From the NCBI GenBank assembly GCA_964016885.1, contig OZ024741.1:7750001-7814000 (forward strand): 64,000 nucleotides of DNA, given 5' to 3'. The notes beneath the pieces are model-generated. The model was not told the origin of the DNA and did not search any database. It worked only from the letters and a program-made list of their open reading frames with translations. Position numbers and translations under genes: made by a program. Of this stretch, positions 37,507 through 51,000 are shown piece by piece (the first letter of the stretch is position 1; each line of letters begins with the position of its first letter). The DNA comes from Eledone cirrhosa (lineage: Eukaryota).

Positions 37507-40500
37507 ATGTGTAGTTGTGTGGTTGTGTGTGTGGTTGTGTGTGTGTGGTTGTGTGTGGTTGTGTGTGTGGTTGTGTGTGTGGTTGTGTGTGTGGTTGTGT
37601 GTGGTTGTGTGTGTGGTTGTGTGTGGTTGTGTGTGTGGTTGTGTGTGTGGTTGTGTGTGTGGTTGTGTGTGAGGTTGTGTGTGTGGTTGTGTGTGTGGTT
37701 GTGTGTGGTTGTGTGTGTGGTTGTGTGTGTGGTTGTGTGTGGTTGTGTTTGTGGTTTGTGTGTGGTTGTGTGTGTGGTTGTTTGTGTGGTTGTGTGTGGT
37801 TTGTGTGTGGTTGTGTATGTGGTTGTGTGTGTGGTTGTGTGTGGTTGTGTGTGTGGTTGTGTGTGTGGTTGTGTGTGGTTGTGTTTGTGGTTGTGTGTGG
37901 TTGTGTGTGTGGTTGTGTGTGTGGTTGTGTGTGTGGTTGTGTGTGAGGTTGTGTGTGTGGTTGTGTGTGTGGTTGTGTGTGTGGTTGTGTGTGTGGTTGT
38001 ATGTGAGGTTGTGTGTGTGGTTGTGTGTGGTTGTGTGTGTGGTTGTGTGTGTGGTTGTGTGTGTGTGGTTGTGTGTGGTTGTGTGTGTGGTTGTGTGTGT
38101 GGTTGTGTGTGTGGTTGTGTGTGTGGTTGTGTGTGGTTGTGTGTGGTTGTGTTTGTGGTTGTGTGTGGTTGTGTGTGTGGTTCTGTGTGTGGTTGTGTGT
38201 GTGGTTGTGTGTGGTTGTGTGTGTGTGGTTGTGTGTGTGGTTGTGTGTGTGGTTGTGTGTGTGGTTGTGTATGTGGTTGTGTGTGTGGTTGTGTGTGGTT
38301 GTGTGTGGTTGTGTGTGTGGTTGTGTGTGGTTGTGTGTGTGGTTGTGTGTGTGGTTGTGTGTGTGGTTGTGTGTGAGGTTGTGTGTGTGGTTGTGTGTGT
38401 GGTTGTGTGTGGTTGTGTGTGTGGTTGTGTGTGTGGTTGTGTGTGGTTGTGTTTGTGGTTGTGTGTGTTGTGTGTGTGGTTCTGTGTGTGGTTGTGTGTG
38501 TGGTTGTGTGTGTGGTTGTGTGTGTGTGGTTGTGTGTGGTTGTGTGTGGTTGTGTGTGGTTGTGTGTGTGGTTGTGTGTGTGGTTGTGTGTGTGGTTGTG
38601 TGTGAGGTTGTGTGTGTGGTTGTGTGTGGTTGTGTGTGTGGTTGTGTGTGTGGTTGTGTGTGTGGTTGTGTGTGGTTGTGTGTGTGGTTGTGTGTGTGGT
38701 TGTGTGTGTGGGTGTGTGTGAGGTTGTGTGTGTGGTTGTGTGTGGTTGTGTGTGTGGTTGTGTGTGTGGTTGTGTGTGTGGTTGTGTGTGGTTGTGTGTG
38801 TGGTTGTGTCTGATTGTGTGTGTGGTTGAGTGTGTGGTTGTGTGTGGTTGTGTGTGTGGTTGTGTGTGGTTGTGTGTGGTTGTGTGTGATTGTGTGTGTG
38901 GTTGTGTGTGTGGTTGTGTGTGTGGTTGTTTGTGTGGTTGTGTGTGGTTTGTGTGTGGTTGTGTATGTGGTTGTGTGTGTGGTTGTGTGTGGTTGTGTGT
39001 GTGATTGTGTGTGTGGTTGTGTGTGGTTGTGTTTGTGGTTGTGTGTGGTTGTGTGTGTGGTTCTGTGTGTGGTTGTGTGTGTGGTTGTGTGTGGGGTTGT
39101 GTGTGGTTGTGTGTGTGGTTGTGTGTGTGGTTGTGTGTGTGGTTGTGTGTGTGGTTGTGTATGTGGTTGTGTGTGGTTGTGTGTGTGGTTGTGTGTGTGG
39201 TTGTGTGTGGTTGTGTGTGTGGTTGTGTGTGTTGTTGTGTGTGGTTGTGTATGTGGTTGTGTGTGGTTGTGTGTGTGGTTGTGTGTGTGGTTGTGTGTGG
39301 TTGTGTGTGTGGTTGTGTGTGTGGTTGTGTGTGGTTGTGTGTGTGGTTGTGTGTGTGGTTGTGTGTGGTTGTGTGTGTGGTTGTGTGTGTTGTTGTGTGT
39401 GGTTGTGTGTGTGGTTGTGTGTGTGGTTGTGTGTGGTTGTGTGTGTGGTTGTCTGTGTTGTTGTGTGTGTGGTTGTGTGTGTGGTTGCGTGTGTTGTTGT
39501 GTGTGATTGTGTGTGTGGTTGTGTGTGTGGTTGTGTGTGTGGTTGTTTGTGTGGTTGTGTGTGGTTTGTGTGTGGTTGTGTGTGTGGTTGTTTGTGTGGT
39601 TGTGTGTGGTTTGTGTGTGGTTGTGTATGTGGTTGTGTGTGTGGTTGTGTGTGGTTGTGTGTGTGGTTGTGTGTGTGGTTGTGTGTGGTTGTGTTTGTGG
39701 TTGTGTGTGGTTCTGTGTGTGGTTCTGTGTGTGGTTGTGTGTGTGGTTGTGTGTGGGGTTGTGTGTGGTTGTGTGTGTGGTTGTGTGTGTGGTTGTGTGT
39801 GTGGTTGTGTGTGGTTGTGTGTGTGGTTGTGTGTGGTTGTGTGTGTGGTTGTGTGTGTGGTTGTGTGTGGTTGTGTGTGTGGTTGTGTGTGTTGTTGTGT
39901 GTGGTTGTGTGTGTGGTTGTGTGTGTGGTTGTGTGTGGTTGTGTGTGTGGTTGTGTGTGTTGTTGTGTGTGTGGTTGTGTGTGTGGTTGCGTGTGTGGTT
40001 GTGTGTGGTTGTGTGTGTGGTTGTGTGTGATTGTGTGTGTGGTTATGTGTGTGGTTGTGTGTGTGGTTGTATGTGTGGTTGTGTGTGGTTGTGTGTGTGG
40101 TTGTGTGTGTGGTTGTGTGTGGTTGTGTATGTGGTTGTGTGTGTGGCTGTGTGTGGTTGTGTGTGTGGTTGTGTGTGTGTTTGTGTGTCTGGTTGTGTGT
40201 GGTTGTGTATGTGGTTGTGTGTGTGGTTGTGTGTGGTTGTGTGTGTGGTTGTGTGTGGTTATGTGTGTGGTTGTGTGTGGTTGTGTGTGTGATTATGTGT
40301 GGTTGTGTGTGTGGTTGTGTGTGGTTGTGTGTGGTTGTGTGTGTGGTTGCGTGTGTGGTTGTATGTGTGGTTGTGTGTGGTTGTGTGTGTGGTTGTGTGT
40401 GTGGTTGTGTGTGGTTGTGTGTGTGGTTGTGTGTGGTTGTGTGTGGTTGTGTGTGTGGTTGCGTGTGTGGTTGTATGTGTGGTTGTGTGTGGTTGTGTGT

Positions 40501-42035
40501 GTGGTTGCGTGTGTGGTTGTGTGTGGTTGTGTGTGTGGTTGTGTGTGATTGTGTGTGTGGTTATGTGTGTGGTTGTGTGTGTGGTTGTGTGTGGTTGTGT
40601 GTGTGTGGTTTTGTGTGGTTGTGTGTGTGGTTTTGTGTGTGGTTGTGTGTGTGGTTGTATGTGTGGTTGTGTGTGGTTGTGTGTGTGGTTGTGTGTGTGG
40701 TTGTGTGTGGTTGTGTGTGGTTGTGTGTGTGGTTGTGTGTGGTTGTGTGTGGTTGTGTGTGGTTGTGTGTGGTTGTCTGTGTGGTTGTGTGTGTGTGGTT
40801 GTGTGTGGTTGTGTGTGGTTGTGTGTGTGGTTGTGTGTGGTTGTGTGTGTGGTTGTGTGTGGTTGTGTGTGGTTGTGTGTGTGGTTGTGTGTGTGGTTGT
40901 GTGTGGTTGTGTGTGGTTGTGTGTGTGGTTGTGTGTGGTTGTGTGTGTGGTTGTGTGTGGTTGTGTGTGGTTGTGTGTGGTTGTGTGTGTGGTTGTGTGT
41001 GTGGTTGTGTGTGGTTGTGTGTGTGGTTGTGTGTGTGGTTGTGTGTGGTTGTGTGTGGTTGTGTGTGTGGTTGTGTGTGGTTGTGTGTGTGGTTGTGTGT
41101 GGTTGTGTGTGGTTGTGTGTGTGGTTGTGTGTGGTTGTGTGTGTGGTTGTGTGTGGTTGTGTGTGGTTGTGTGTGGTTGTGTGTGTGGTTGTGTGTGGTT
41201 GTGTGTGTGGTTGTGTGTGGTTATGTGTGGTTGTGTGTGTGGTTGTGTGTGGTTGTGTGTGGTTGTGTGTGTGGTTGTGTGTGGTTGTGTGTGTGGTTGT
41301 GTGTGTGGTTGTGTGTGGTTGTGTGTGGTTGTGTGTGTGGTTGTGTGTGGTTGTGTGTGTGGTTGTGTGTGGTTGTGTGTGGTTGTGTGTGGTTGTGTGT
41401 GTGGTTGTGTGTGTGGTTGTGTGTGGTTGTGTGTGGTTGTGTGTGTGGTTGTGTGTGTGGTTGTGTGTGGTTGTGTGTGGTTGTGTGTGTGGTTGTGTGT
41501 GGTTGTGTGTGTGGTTGTGTGTGTGGTTGTGTGTGGTTGTGTGTGGTTGTGTGTGTGGTTGTGTGTGGTTGTGTGTGTGGTTGTGTGTGGTTGTGTGTGT
41601 GGTTGTGTGTGGTTGTGTGTGTGGTTGTGTGTGGTTGTGTGTGGTTGTGTGTGTGGTTGTGTGTGTGGTTGTGTGTGGTTGTGTGTGTGGTTGTGTGTGG
41701 TTGTGTGTGTGGTTGTGTGTGTGGTTGTGTGTGGTTGTGTGTGTGGTTGTGTGTGTGGTTGTGTGTGTGGTTGTGTGTGGTTGTGTGTGGTTGTGTGTGG
41801 TTGTGTGTGGTTGTGTGTGTGGTTGTGTGTGTGGTTGTGTGTGGTTGTGTGTGTGGTTGTGTGTGGTTGTGTGTGGTTGTGTGTGTGGTTGTGTGTGTGG
41901 TTGTGTGTGTGGTTGTGTGTGGTTGTGTGTGTGGTTGTGTGTGTGGTTGTGTGTGGTTGTGTGTGTGGTTGTGTGTGTGGTTGTGTGTGGTTGTGTGTGT
42001 GGTTGTGTGTGTGGTTGTGTGTGTGGTTGTGTGTG
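37507..42035. repeat. 4.5-kb GT-rich minisatellite of mixed GGTTGTGTGT / GGTTGTGTGTGT units
   Basis: Direct reading; Cys/Val-rich ORFs are artefacts. Confidence 0.97.
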
Positions 42036-42059
42036 TCTCCAAGTTTAACAAATATAACG

Positions 42060-42590
42060 ACCCCTCCCCCTCCCTACAATACGCCCACTACTTTTATCTC
42101 CCCCCTCCCGCACCAATCACCCCTCCCCATCTTTACCACCCCTTCCACCCCAACTACTAACTCTCCCCACTTCTCTCACGACACCACCCCTCTCACTAGC
42201 CCGCTCCTCCACCACTACTGCCTTCCTCATCACCATTTGACCACCCCACCACTACCACCACCACCACCACCACTACCATTACAACCCCACTCTCACTCAC
42301 ATCCCCACAAACACGATCACCACTGACTCCTCCTCACCGCCACCACTAGCTCCCCCCACCCCAATCTTATCTCCCCTTAACCCCACCACCATCTTCCTCT
42401 ACCCTATTCCCACCCTCACCTCCTCTATCACCCTGCCCTACCTCCACCGCCATCTCGCGCACCCTACTACCACCTTCCCGCATCACCCCTACCTCCACCC
42501 TCATCCCCCACATCTCCCTCCACCACCACCACTATCACCCCTACCTCCACTCACATCCCCACATCTCCCACCACCACCACCACCACCAAT
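42060..42590. repeat. C-rich low-complexity tract (CCA/CCT-like)
   Basis: Direct reading. Confidence 0.8.
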
Positions 42591-42918
42591 ACATACAACA
42601 ATAACAAGACCAGCTAACATACCCCGAATGAGATATCGCGACAAAGTCCTGACAATAGCTAATCACTTAAACCCTGCAAATCGCAAGGGTTGACACTCCA
42701 CTTGAGTGTGCCCTCCTCTTGCCCTCCATTATACACTTAATAAAATAGAAATACGGCTGCCCCTCCCTCAACGCAGCACACCTATTAAATCTGTCTAAAC
42801 GGTTTTTTATTCTTTCACTCTTTTCAAGTTGACCACACAAAACACACACACGCACACGTGTATATGTATGTCTGCGTATATATATATATATATATATATG
42901 TGTCTGCGTATATATATG

Positions 42919-42955
<37 letters not shown>

Positions 42956-42971
42956 CTGCGTATATATATGT

Positions 42972-43007
<36 letters not shown>

Positions 43008-43053
43008 CTGCGTATATGTATGTATGTCTGCGTATATATATATATATATCTGC

Positions 43054-43098
<45 letters not shown>

Positions 43099-43164
43099 TG
43101 CGTATATATATATGTATATCTGCGTATATATATATATGCCTGCGTGTATATATATATATATGTC

Positions 43165-43258
<94 letters not shown>

Positions 43259-43314
43259 TGCGATAATATATATATGTATGTCTGCGTATATATATATATG
43301 TATGTATGACTGCG

Positions 43315-43349
<35 letters not shown>

Positions 43350-43426
43350 CTGCATATATATATATATATGTATATATGCGTATATACATATATATATATG
43401 CATACATACATACATACATATATATG

Positions 43427-43489
<63 letters not shown>

Positions 43490-43544
43490 AAGTATACGGG
43501 AATTGAACAATCAAGACCGTAGCGGTATGTCATATATCAAATCA

Positions 43545-43616
43545 TATATTTTATCTGATGAGGACGTACTGAAAAAAACATCACAATACCGTTGAAATAT
43601 GTATAATAAAGTATAT
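43545..43616 (+). ncRNA. HHR motif (family A pLTR 43520-43756), stem II decayed
   Basis: AUAUAUUUUAU-CUGAUGA-GGACGUA..UACCGUU-GAAA-UAUGUA-UA-AUAAAGUAUAU. Confidence 0.75.
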
Positions 43617-43754
43617 GTTTTGATTATGCAAATATCTTTCATTTGTTAATATTTTGAATAATATTAAAAACTCCAGGAAAACCACAGTTGAGTGCTTCTA
43701 ATCTATTGTAAAACTGTATTTATTGTGTAATCAACGAACCATACTAATCTTTGG

Positions 43755-43803
<49 letters not shown>

Positions 43804-44087
43804 CACGCACACAAGCGTACACACATAATATATAAATATGTGTGTACATATACATAAGTATGTGTGTTTGTTATGTATGTCTAAGTATTTATGTATACGT
43901 ACACACAGGCACACACACACATATATATAGATATGCACATACATATACGTATATGTACATACACGCATATCCACGCACGTTTACGCCCTCTCACGCAGAC
44001 AGACGTAACTTTCATATATACATAATTAGATTTGCACATATACACTCTGTCAAGCTGATCACACAAAAACAAACGCACACGCACTCA

Positions 44088-44155
<68 letters not shown>

Positions 44156-44224
44156 GAGAGAGAGAGAGAAACACACACACATACATACACATATACACGT
44201 GTATAGCTTACTATATAAAACGCC

Positions 44225-44430
44225 TGCTTTACTGGTTAGTGCGTTCAGCTCACAATCGTGACGTTGCGAATTCGAATCCCGGACAGGGGGATGCGTCGTG
44301 TCCTTGAGCAAGACACTCTACTTGACGTTGCTCCAGTTTCCTCAGCTGTACAAATGAGTTGTGACATCACTGATGTCAAGCTGTATCGGCCATTACCTTT
44401 CCCTTTGACAATATCGGTGATGTGCGAGAC
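44225..44430 (+). mobile_element. tRNA-derived SINE
   Basis: TGGTTAGTGCG..GAATTCGAATCCC..GTGTCCTTGAGCAAGACACT..CAGCTGTACAAATGAGT. Confidence 0.75.
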
Positions 44431-45079
44431 TGTACCAGATTACAGCTAAATACAGCACTCAAAACCCCTAACAGGGTACATACTTAATTCATAATTTATT
44501 TCACATAGAAAGTCCAGATGATTTTAATTGAATGAAACCGTACTAGTCCTGTAGAAGTAATTCTATATGAAATAAACTATATTTTGTAATTCTCACTTAT
44601 GTATTTGTCACTGACTCGTCTCTTCAATTTATCGTATTTGGCGCCGATTCGAAAGCCTTTAACTCTCTTATTTGTAATCTTTAGACAGATGATTGCAACT
44701 TAGCAGCAAATACTGTTGAAGATATTCTACTTCTCGTTGACCTTTACATGTCATCTATTTGGGAGGAGGCAAATTGACGTTAGAACGTTGGATAGAGGGT
44801 TTGGTGGTATTTATTTCAGCTGTCTGCTTTCTGAGTTCATCTTTTCAATTTCGATAAAAAAGTACCAGTCAAGAACTGGTGTTGATTCTTCCTCTATATC
44901 TCTTTCTTATTTCCTCTTTCTCACTTTCTATCTTTCTCTGGGGGAAATCTGCTGTACGCAGGCCTGGAGAGAGATGAGATCCGCCAGGCTTAAAATGCCA
45001 AAGAAACACCACATGTCAATATTGTGCCCCTACGACCCCAGGAGTTACGGGATAGGAAAAAGAAGAATCTATTTGATTA

Positions 45080-48000
45080 GAGTATTACCCTAGACTAGAC
45101 AGCTGTAAGGCTCCAGTGTTATCCTAGACTAGACAGTTGTAAAGTTCCAGTGTTACCCTAGACAGTTGTAAAGTTCCAGTGTTTCCTTAGACAGTGGTAA
45201 AGTTCCAGTGTTACCCTAGACAGTTGTAAAGTTCCAGTGTTACCCTAGACAGTGGTAAAGTTCCAGTGTTTCCCTAGACAGTGGTAAATTTCCAGTGTTA
45301 CACTAGATAGTCGTAAAGTTCCAGTGTTTCCCTAGACAGTGGTAAAGTTCCAGTGTTACCCTAGACAGTGGTAAAGTTCCAGTGTTACCCTAGACAGTGG
45401 TAAAGTTCCAGTGTTACACTAGACAGTGGTAAAGTTCCAGTGTTTCCCTAGACAGTGGTAAAGTTCCAGTGTTTCCCTAGACAGTGGTAAAGTTCCAGTG
45501 TTTCCCTAGACAGTGGTAAAGTTCCAGTGTTACCCTAGACAGTTGTAAAGTTCCAGTGTTACACTAGACAGTGGTAAAGTTCCAGTGTTTCCTTAGACAG
45601 TGGTAAAGTTCCAGTGTTACCCTAGACAGTGGAAAAGTTCCAGTGTTTCCCTAGACAGTGGTAAATTTCCAGTGTTACACTAGATAGTTGTAAAGTTCCA
45701 GTGTTTCCCTAGACAGTGGTAAAGTTCCAGAGTTTCCCTAGACAGTGGTAAAGTTCCAGTGTTTCCCTAGACAGTGGTTAAGTTCCAGTGTTACCCTAGA
45801 CAGTGGTAAAGTTCCAGTGTTACCCTAGACAGTGGTAAAGTTCCAGTGTTTCCCTAGACAGTGGTAAAGTTCCAGTGTTACCCTAGACAGTTGTAAAGTT
45901 CCAGTGTTACCCTAGACAGTTGTAAAGTTCCAGTGTTACCCTAGACAGTTGTAAGGCTCCAGTGTTACCCTAGACAGTGGTAAAGTTCCAGTGTTACCCT
46001 AGACAGTGGTAAAGTTCCAGTGTTACCCTAGACAGTGGTAAAGTTCCAGTGTTACCCTAGACAGTGGTAAGGCTCCAGTGTTACCCTAGACAGTGGTAAA
46101 GTTCCAGTGTTACCCAAGACAGTGGTAAAGTTCCAGTGTTTCCCTAGACAGTGGTAAAGTTCCAGTGTTTCCCTAGACAGTGGTAAAGTTCCAGTGTTTC
46201 CCTAGACAGTGGTAAAGTTCCAGTGTTACCCTAGACAGTTGTAAAGTTCCAGTGTTACACTAGACAGTGGTAAAGTTCCAGTGTTTCCCTAGACAGTGGT
46301 AAAGTTCCAGTGTTACCCTAGACAGTGGTAAAGTTCCAGTGTTTCCCTGGTCAGAGGTAAAGTTCCAGTGTTTCCCTAGACAGTGGTAAAGTTCCAGTGT
46401 TACCCTAGACAGTTGTAAAGTTCCAGTGTTACACTAGACAGTGGTAAAGTTCCAGTGTTTCCCTAGACAGTGGTAAAGTTCCAGTGTTTCCCTAGACAGT
46501 GGTAAAGTTCCAGTGTTTCCCTAGTCAGTGGTAAAGTTCCAGTGTTTCCCTAGACAGTGGTAAAGTTCCAGTGTTACCCTAGACAGTTGTAAAGTTCCAG
46601 TGTTACCCTAGACAGTGGTAAAGTTCCAGTGTTACCCTAGACAGTGGTAAAGTTCCAGTGTTTCCCTAGACAGTGGTAAAGTTACAGTGTTACCGTAGAC
46701 AGTTGTAAAGTTCCAGTGTTACCCGAGACAGTTGTAAAGTTCCAGTGTTACCCTAGATAGTTGTAAGGCTTCAGTGTTACCATAGACAGTGGTAAAGTTC
46801 CAGTGTTACCCTAGACAGTGGTAAAGTTCCAGTGTTACCCTAGACAGTGGTAAAGTTCCAGTGTTACCCTAGACAGTTGTAAGGCGCCAGTGTTACCCTA
46901 GACAGTGGTAAAGTTCCAGTGTTACCCAAGACAGTGGTAGAAGTTCCAGTGTTACCCTAGACAGTTATAAAGTTCCAGTGTTACCCTAGACAGTTGTAAA
47001 GTTCCAGTATTACAATAGACAGTGGAAAGTTCCAGTGTTAACCTAAATAGTTCTAAAGTTCCTGTGTTACCCTAGACAGTTGTAAAGTTCCAGTGTTACC
47101 CTAGACAGTGGTAAAGTTCCAGTGTTACCCTAGACAGTTGTAAAGTGCCAGTGTTACCCTAGACAGCGGTAAAGTTCCAGTGTTACCCTAGATAGTTCTA
47201 AAGTTCCAGTGTTACCCTAGACAATGGTAAAGTTCCAGTGGTACCCTAGACAGTTGTAAAGTTCCAGTGTTACGCTAAATAGTTCTAAACTTCCAGTGTT
47301 ACCTTAGACAGTGGTAAAGTTCCTGTGTTACACTAGCCAGTGGTAAAGTTCCAGTGTTAACTTAGACAGTTGTAAAGTTCCAGTGTTGCCTTAGACAGTG
47401 GTAAAGTTCCAGTGTTACCCTACACTACACAGTTGTAAAGATCCAGTGTTACCCTAGACAGTGGTAAAGATCCAGTGTTACCCTAGACAGTGGTAAAGTT
47501 CCAGTGTTACCCTAGATAGTTGTAAAGTTCCAGTGTTACCCTAGACAGTTGTAAACTTCCAGTGTTATCCTAGACTAGACAGTTGTAAAGCTCCAGTGTT
47601 ACCCTAGACAGTGGTAAAGTTCCAGTGTTACCCTAGACAGTGGTAAAGTTCCAGTGTTACCCTAAATAGTTCTAAAGTTCCAGTGTTACCCTAGACAGTG
47701 GTAAACTTCCAGTGTTACCCTAGACAGATGTAAAGTTCCAGTGTTACCATAGACAGTGGTAAAGTTCCAGTGTTAAACTAGACAGTTGTAAAGTTCCAGT
47801 GTCACCCTAGACAGTGGTAAAGTTCCAGTGTTACCCTAGACTAGACAGTTGTAAAGCTCCAGTGTTACCCTAGACAGTCGTAAAATTCCAGTGTTACCCT
47901 AGACAGTGGTAAAGTTCCAGTGTTACCCTAGACAGTTGTAAAGTTCCAGTGTTACCCTAGACAGTGGTAAAGTTCCAGTGTTTCCCTAGACAGTGGTAAA

Positions 48001-51000
48001 TTTCCAGTGTTACACTAGATAGTTGTAAAGTTCCAGTGTTTCCCTAGACAGTGGTAAAGTTCCAGTGTTACACTAGACAGTGGTAAAGTTCCAGTGTTTC
48101 CTTAGACAGTGGTAAAGTTCCAGTGTTACCCTAGACAGTGGAAAAGTTCCAGTGTTTCCCTAGACAGTGGTAAATTTCCAGTGTTACACTAGATAGTTGT
48201 AAAGTTCCAGTGTTTCCCTAGACAGTGGTAAAGTTCCAGTGTTTCCCTAGACAGTGGTAAAGTTCCAGTGTTTCCCTAGACAGTGGTTAAGTTCCAGTGT
48301 TACCCTAGACAGTGGTAAAGTTCCAGTGTTACCCTAGACAGTGGTAAAGTTCCAGTGTTTCCCTAGACAGTGGTAAAGTTCCAGTGTTACCCTAGACAGT
48401 TGTAAAGTTCCAGTGTTACCCTAGACAGTGGTAAAGTTACAGTGTTACCGTAGACAGTTGTAAAGTTCCAGTGTTACCCGAGACAGTTGTAAAGTTCCAG
48501 TGTTACCCTAGACAGTTGTAAGGTTTCAGTGTTACCATAGACAGTGGTAAAGTTCCAGTGTTACCCTAGACAGTGGTAAAGTTCCAGTGTTACCCTAGAC
48601 AGTGGTAAAGTTCCAGTGTTACCCTAGACAGTTGTAAGGCGCCAGTGTTACCCTAGACAGTGGTAAAGTTCCAGTGTTACCCAAGACAGTGGTAGAAGTT
48701 CCAGTGTTACCCTAGACAGTTGTAAAGTTCCAGTGTTACCCTAGACAGTTCTAAAGTTCCAGTGTTACCCTAGACAGTTATAAAGTTCCAGTGTTGCCCT
48801 AGACAGTTGTAAAGTTCCAGTGTTACCCAAGACAGTGGTAAAGTTCCAGTGTTACCCTAGACAGTTGTAAAGTGCCAGTGTTACCCTAGACAGCGGTAAA
48901 GTTCCAGTGTTACCCTAGATAGTTCTAAAGTTCCAGTGTTACCCTAGACAATGGTAAAGTTCCAGTGGTACCCTAGACAGTTGTAAAGTTCCAGTGTTAC
49001 CCTAAATAGTTCTAAAGTTCCAGTGTTAACTTAGACAGTTGTAAAGTTCCAGTGTTGCCTTAGACAGTGGTAAAGTTCCAGTGTTACCCTACACTACACA
49101 GTTGTAAAGATCCAGTGTTACCCTAGACAGTGGTAAAGTTCCAGTGTTACCCTAGACAGTGGTAAAGTTCCAGTGTTACCCTAGATAGTTGTAAAGTTCC
49201 AGTGTTACCCTAGACAGTTGTAAACTTCCAGTGTTATCCTAGACTAGACAGTTGTAAAGCTCCAGTGTTACCCTAGACAGTGGTAAAGTTCCAGTGTTAC
49301 CCTAGACAGTGGTAAAGTTCCAGTGTTACCCTAGACAGTGGAAAAGTTCCAGTGTTTCCCTAGACAGTGGTAAATTTCCAGTGTTACACTAGATAGTTGT
49401 AAAGTTCCAGTGTTTCCCTAGACAGTGGTAAAGTTCCAGAGTTTCCCTAGACAGTGGTAAAGTTCCAGTGTTTCCCTAGACAGTGGTTAAGTTCCAGTGT
49501 TACCCTAGACAGTGGTAAAGTTCCAGTGTTACCCTAGACAGTGGTAAAGTTCCAGTGTTTCCCTAGACAGTGGTAAAGTTCCAGTGTTACCCTAGACAGT
49601 TGTAAAGTTCCAGTGTTACCCTAGACAGTTGTAAAGTTCCAGTGTTACCCTAGACAGTTGTAAGGCTCCAGTGTTACCCTAGACAGTGGTAAAGTTCCAG
49701 TGTTACCCTAGACAGTGGTAAAGTTCCAGTGTTACCCTAGACAGTGGTAAAGTTCCAGTGTTACCCTAGACAGTGGTAAGGCTCCAGTGTTACCCTAGAC
49801 AGTGGTAAAGTTCCAGTGTTACCCAAGACAGTGGTAAAGTTCCAGTGTTTCCCTAGACAGTGGTAAAGTTCCAGTGTTTCCCTAGACAGTGGTAAAGTTC
49901 CAGTGTTTCCCTAGACAGTGGTAAAGTTCCAGTGTTACCCTAGACAGTTGTAAAGTTCCAGTGTTACACTAGACAGTGGTAAAGTTCCAGTGTTTCCCTA
50001 GACAGTGGTAAAGTTCCAGTGTTACCCTAGACAGTGGTAAAGTTCCAGTGTTTCCCTGGTCAGAGGTAAAGTTCCAGTGTTTCCCTAGACAGTGGTAAAG
50101 TTCCAGTGTTACCCTAGACAGTTGTAAAGTTCCAGTGTTACACTAGACAGTGGTAAAGTTCCAGTGTTTCCCTAGACAGTGGTAAAGTTCCAGTGTTTCC
50201 CTAGACAGTGGTAAAGTTCCAGTGTTTCCCTAGTCAGTGGTAAAGTTCCAGTGTTTCCCTAGACAGTGGTAAAGTTCCAGTGTTACCCTAGACAGTTGTA
50301 AAGTTCCAGTGTTACCCTAGACAGTGGTAAAGTTCCAGTGTTACCCTAGACAGTGGTAAAGTTCCAGTGTTTCCCTAGACAGTGGTAAAGTTACAGTGTT
50401 ACCGTAGACAGTTGTAAAGTTCCAGTGTTACCCGAGACAGTTGTAAAGTTCCAGTGTTACCCTAGATAGTTGTAAGGCTTCAGTGTTACCATAGACAGTG
50501 GTAAAGTTCCAGTGTTACCCTAGACAGTGGTAAAGTTCCAGTGTTACCCTAGACAGTGGTAAAGTTCCAGTGTTACCCTAGACAGTTGTAAGGCGCCAGT
50601 GTTACCCTAGACAGTGGTAAAGTTCCAGTGTTACCCAAGACAGTGGTAGAAGTTCCAGTGTTACCCTAGACAGTTATAAAGTTCCAGTGTTACCCTAGAC
50701 AGTTGTAAAGTTCCAGTATTACAATAGACAGTGGAAAGTTCCAGTGTTAACCTAAATAGTTCTAAAGTTCCTGTGTTACCCTAGACAGTTGTAAAGTTCC
50801 AGTGTTACCCTAGACAGTGGTAAAGTTCCAGTGTTACCCTAGACAGTTGTAAAGTGCCAGTGTTACCCTAGACAGCGGTAAAGTTCCAGTGTTACCCTAG
50901 ATAGTTCTAAAGTTCCAGTGTTACCCTAGACAATGGTAAAGTTCCAGTGGTACCCTAGACAGTTGTAAAGTTCCAGTGTTACGCTAAATAGTTCTAAACT

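Noticed and set aside
37507-42326. Long Cys/Val/Gly-rich ORFs (up to 709 aa), metallothionein- or keratin-like in appearance
   Set aside because: Translation of a stop-free GT minisatellite, open in all frames.
42640-42770. Possible HHR (CTGACAA...GAAATAC) with two small hairpins
   Set aside because: Core mutated, and I could not find convincing stem I or stem III pairing.
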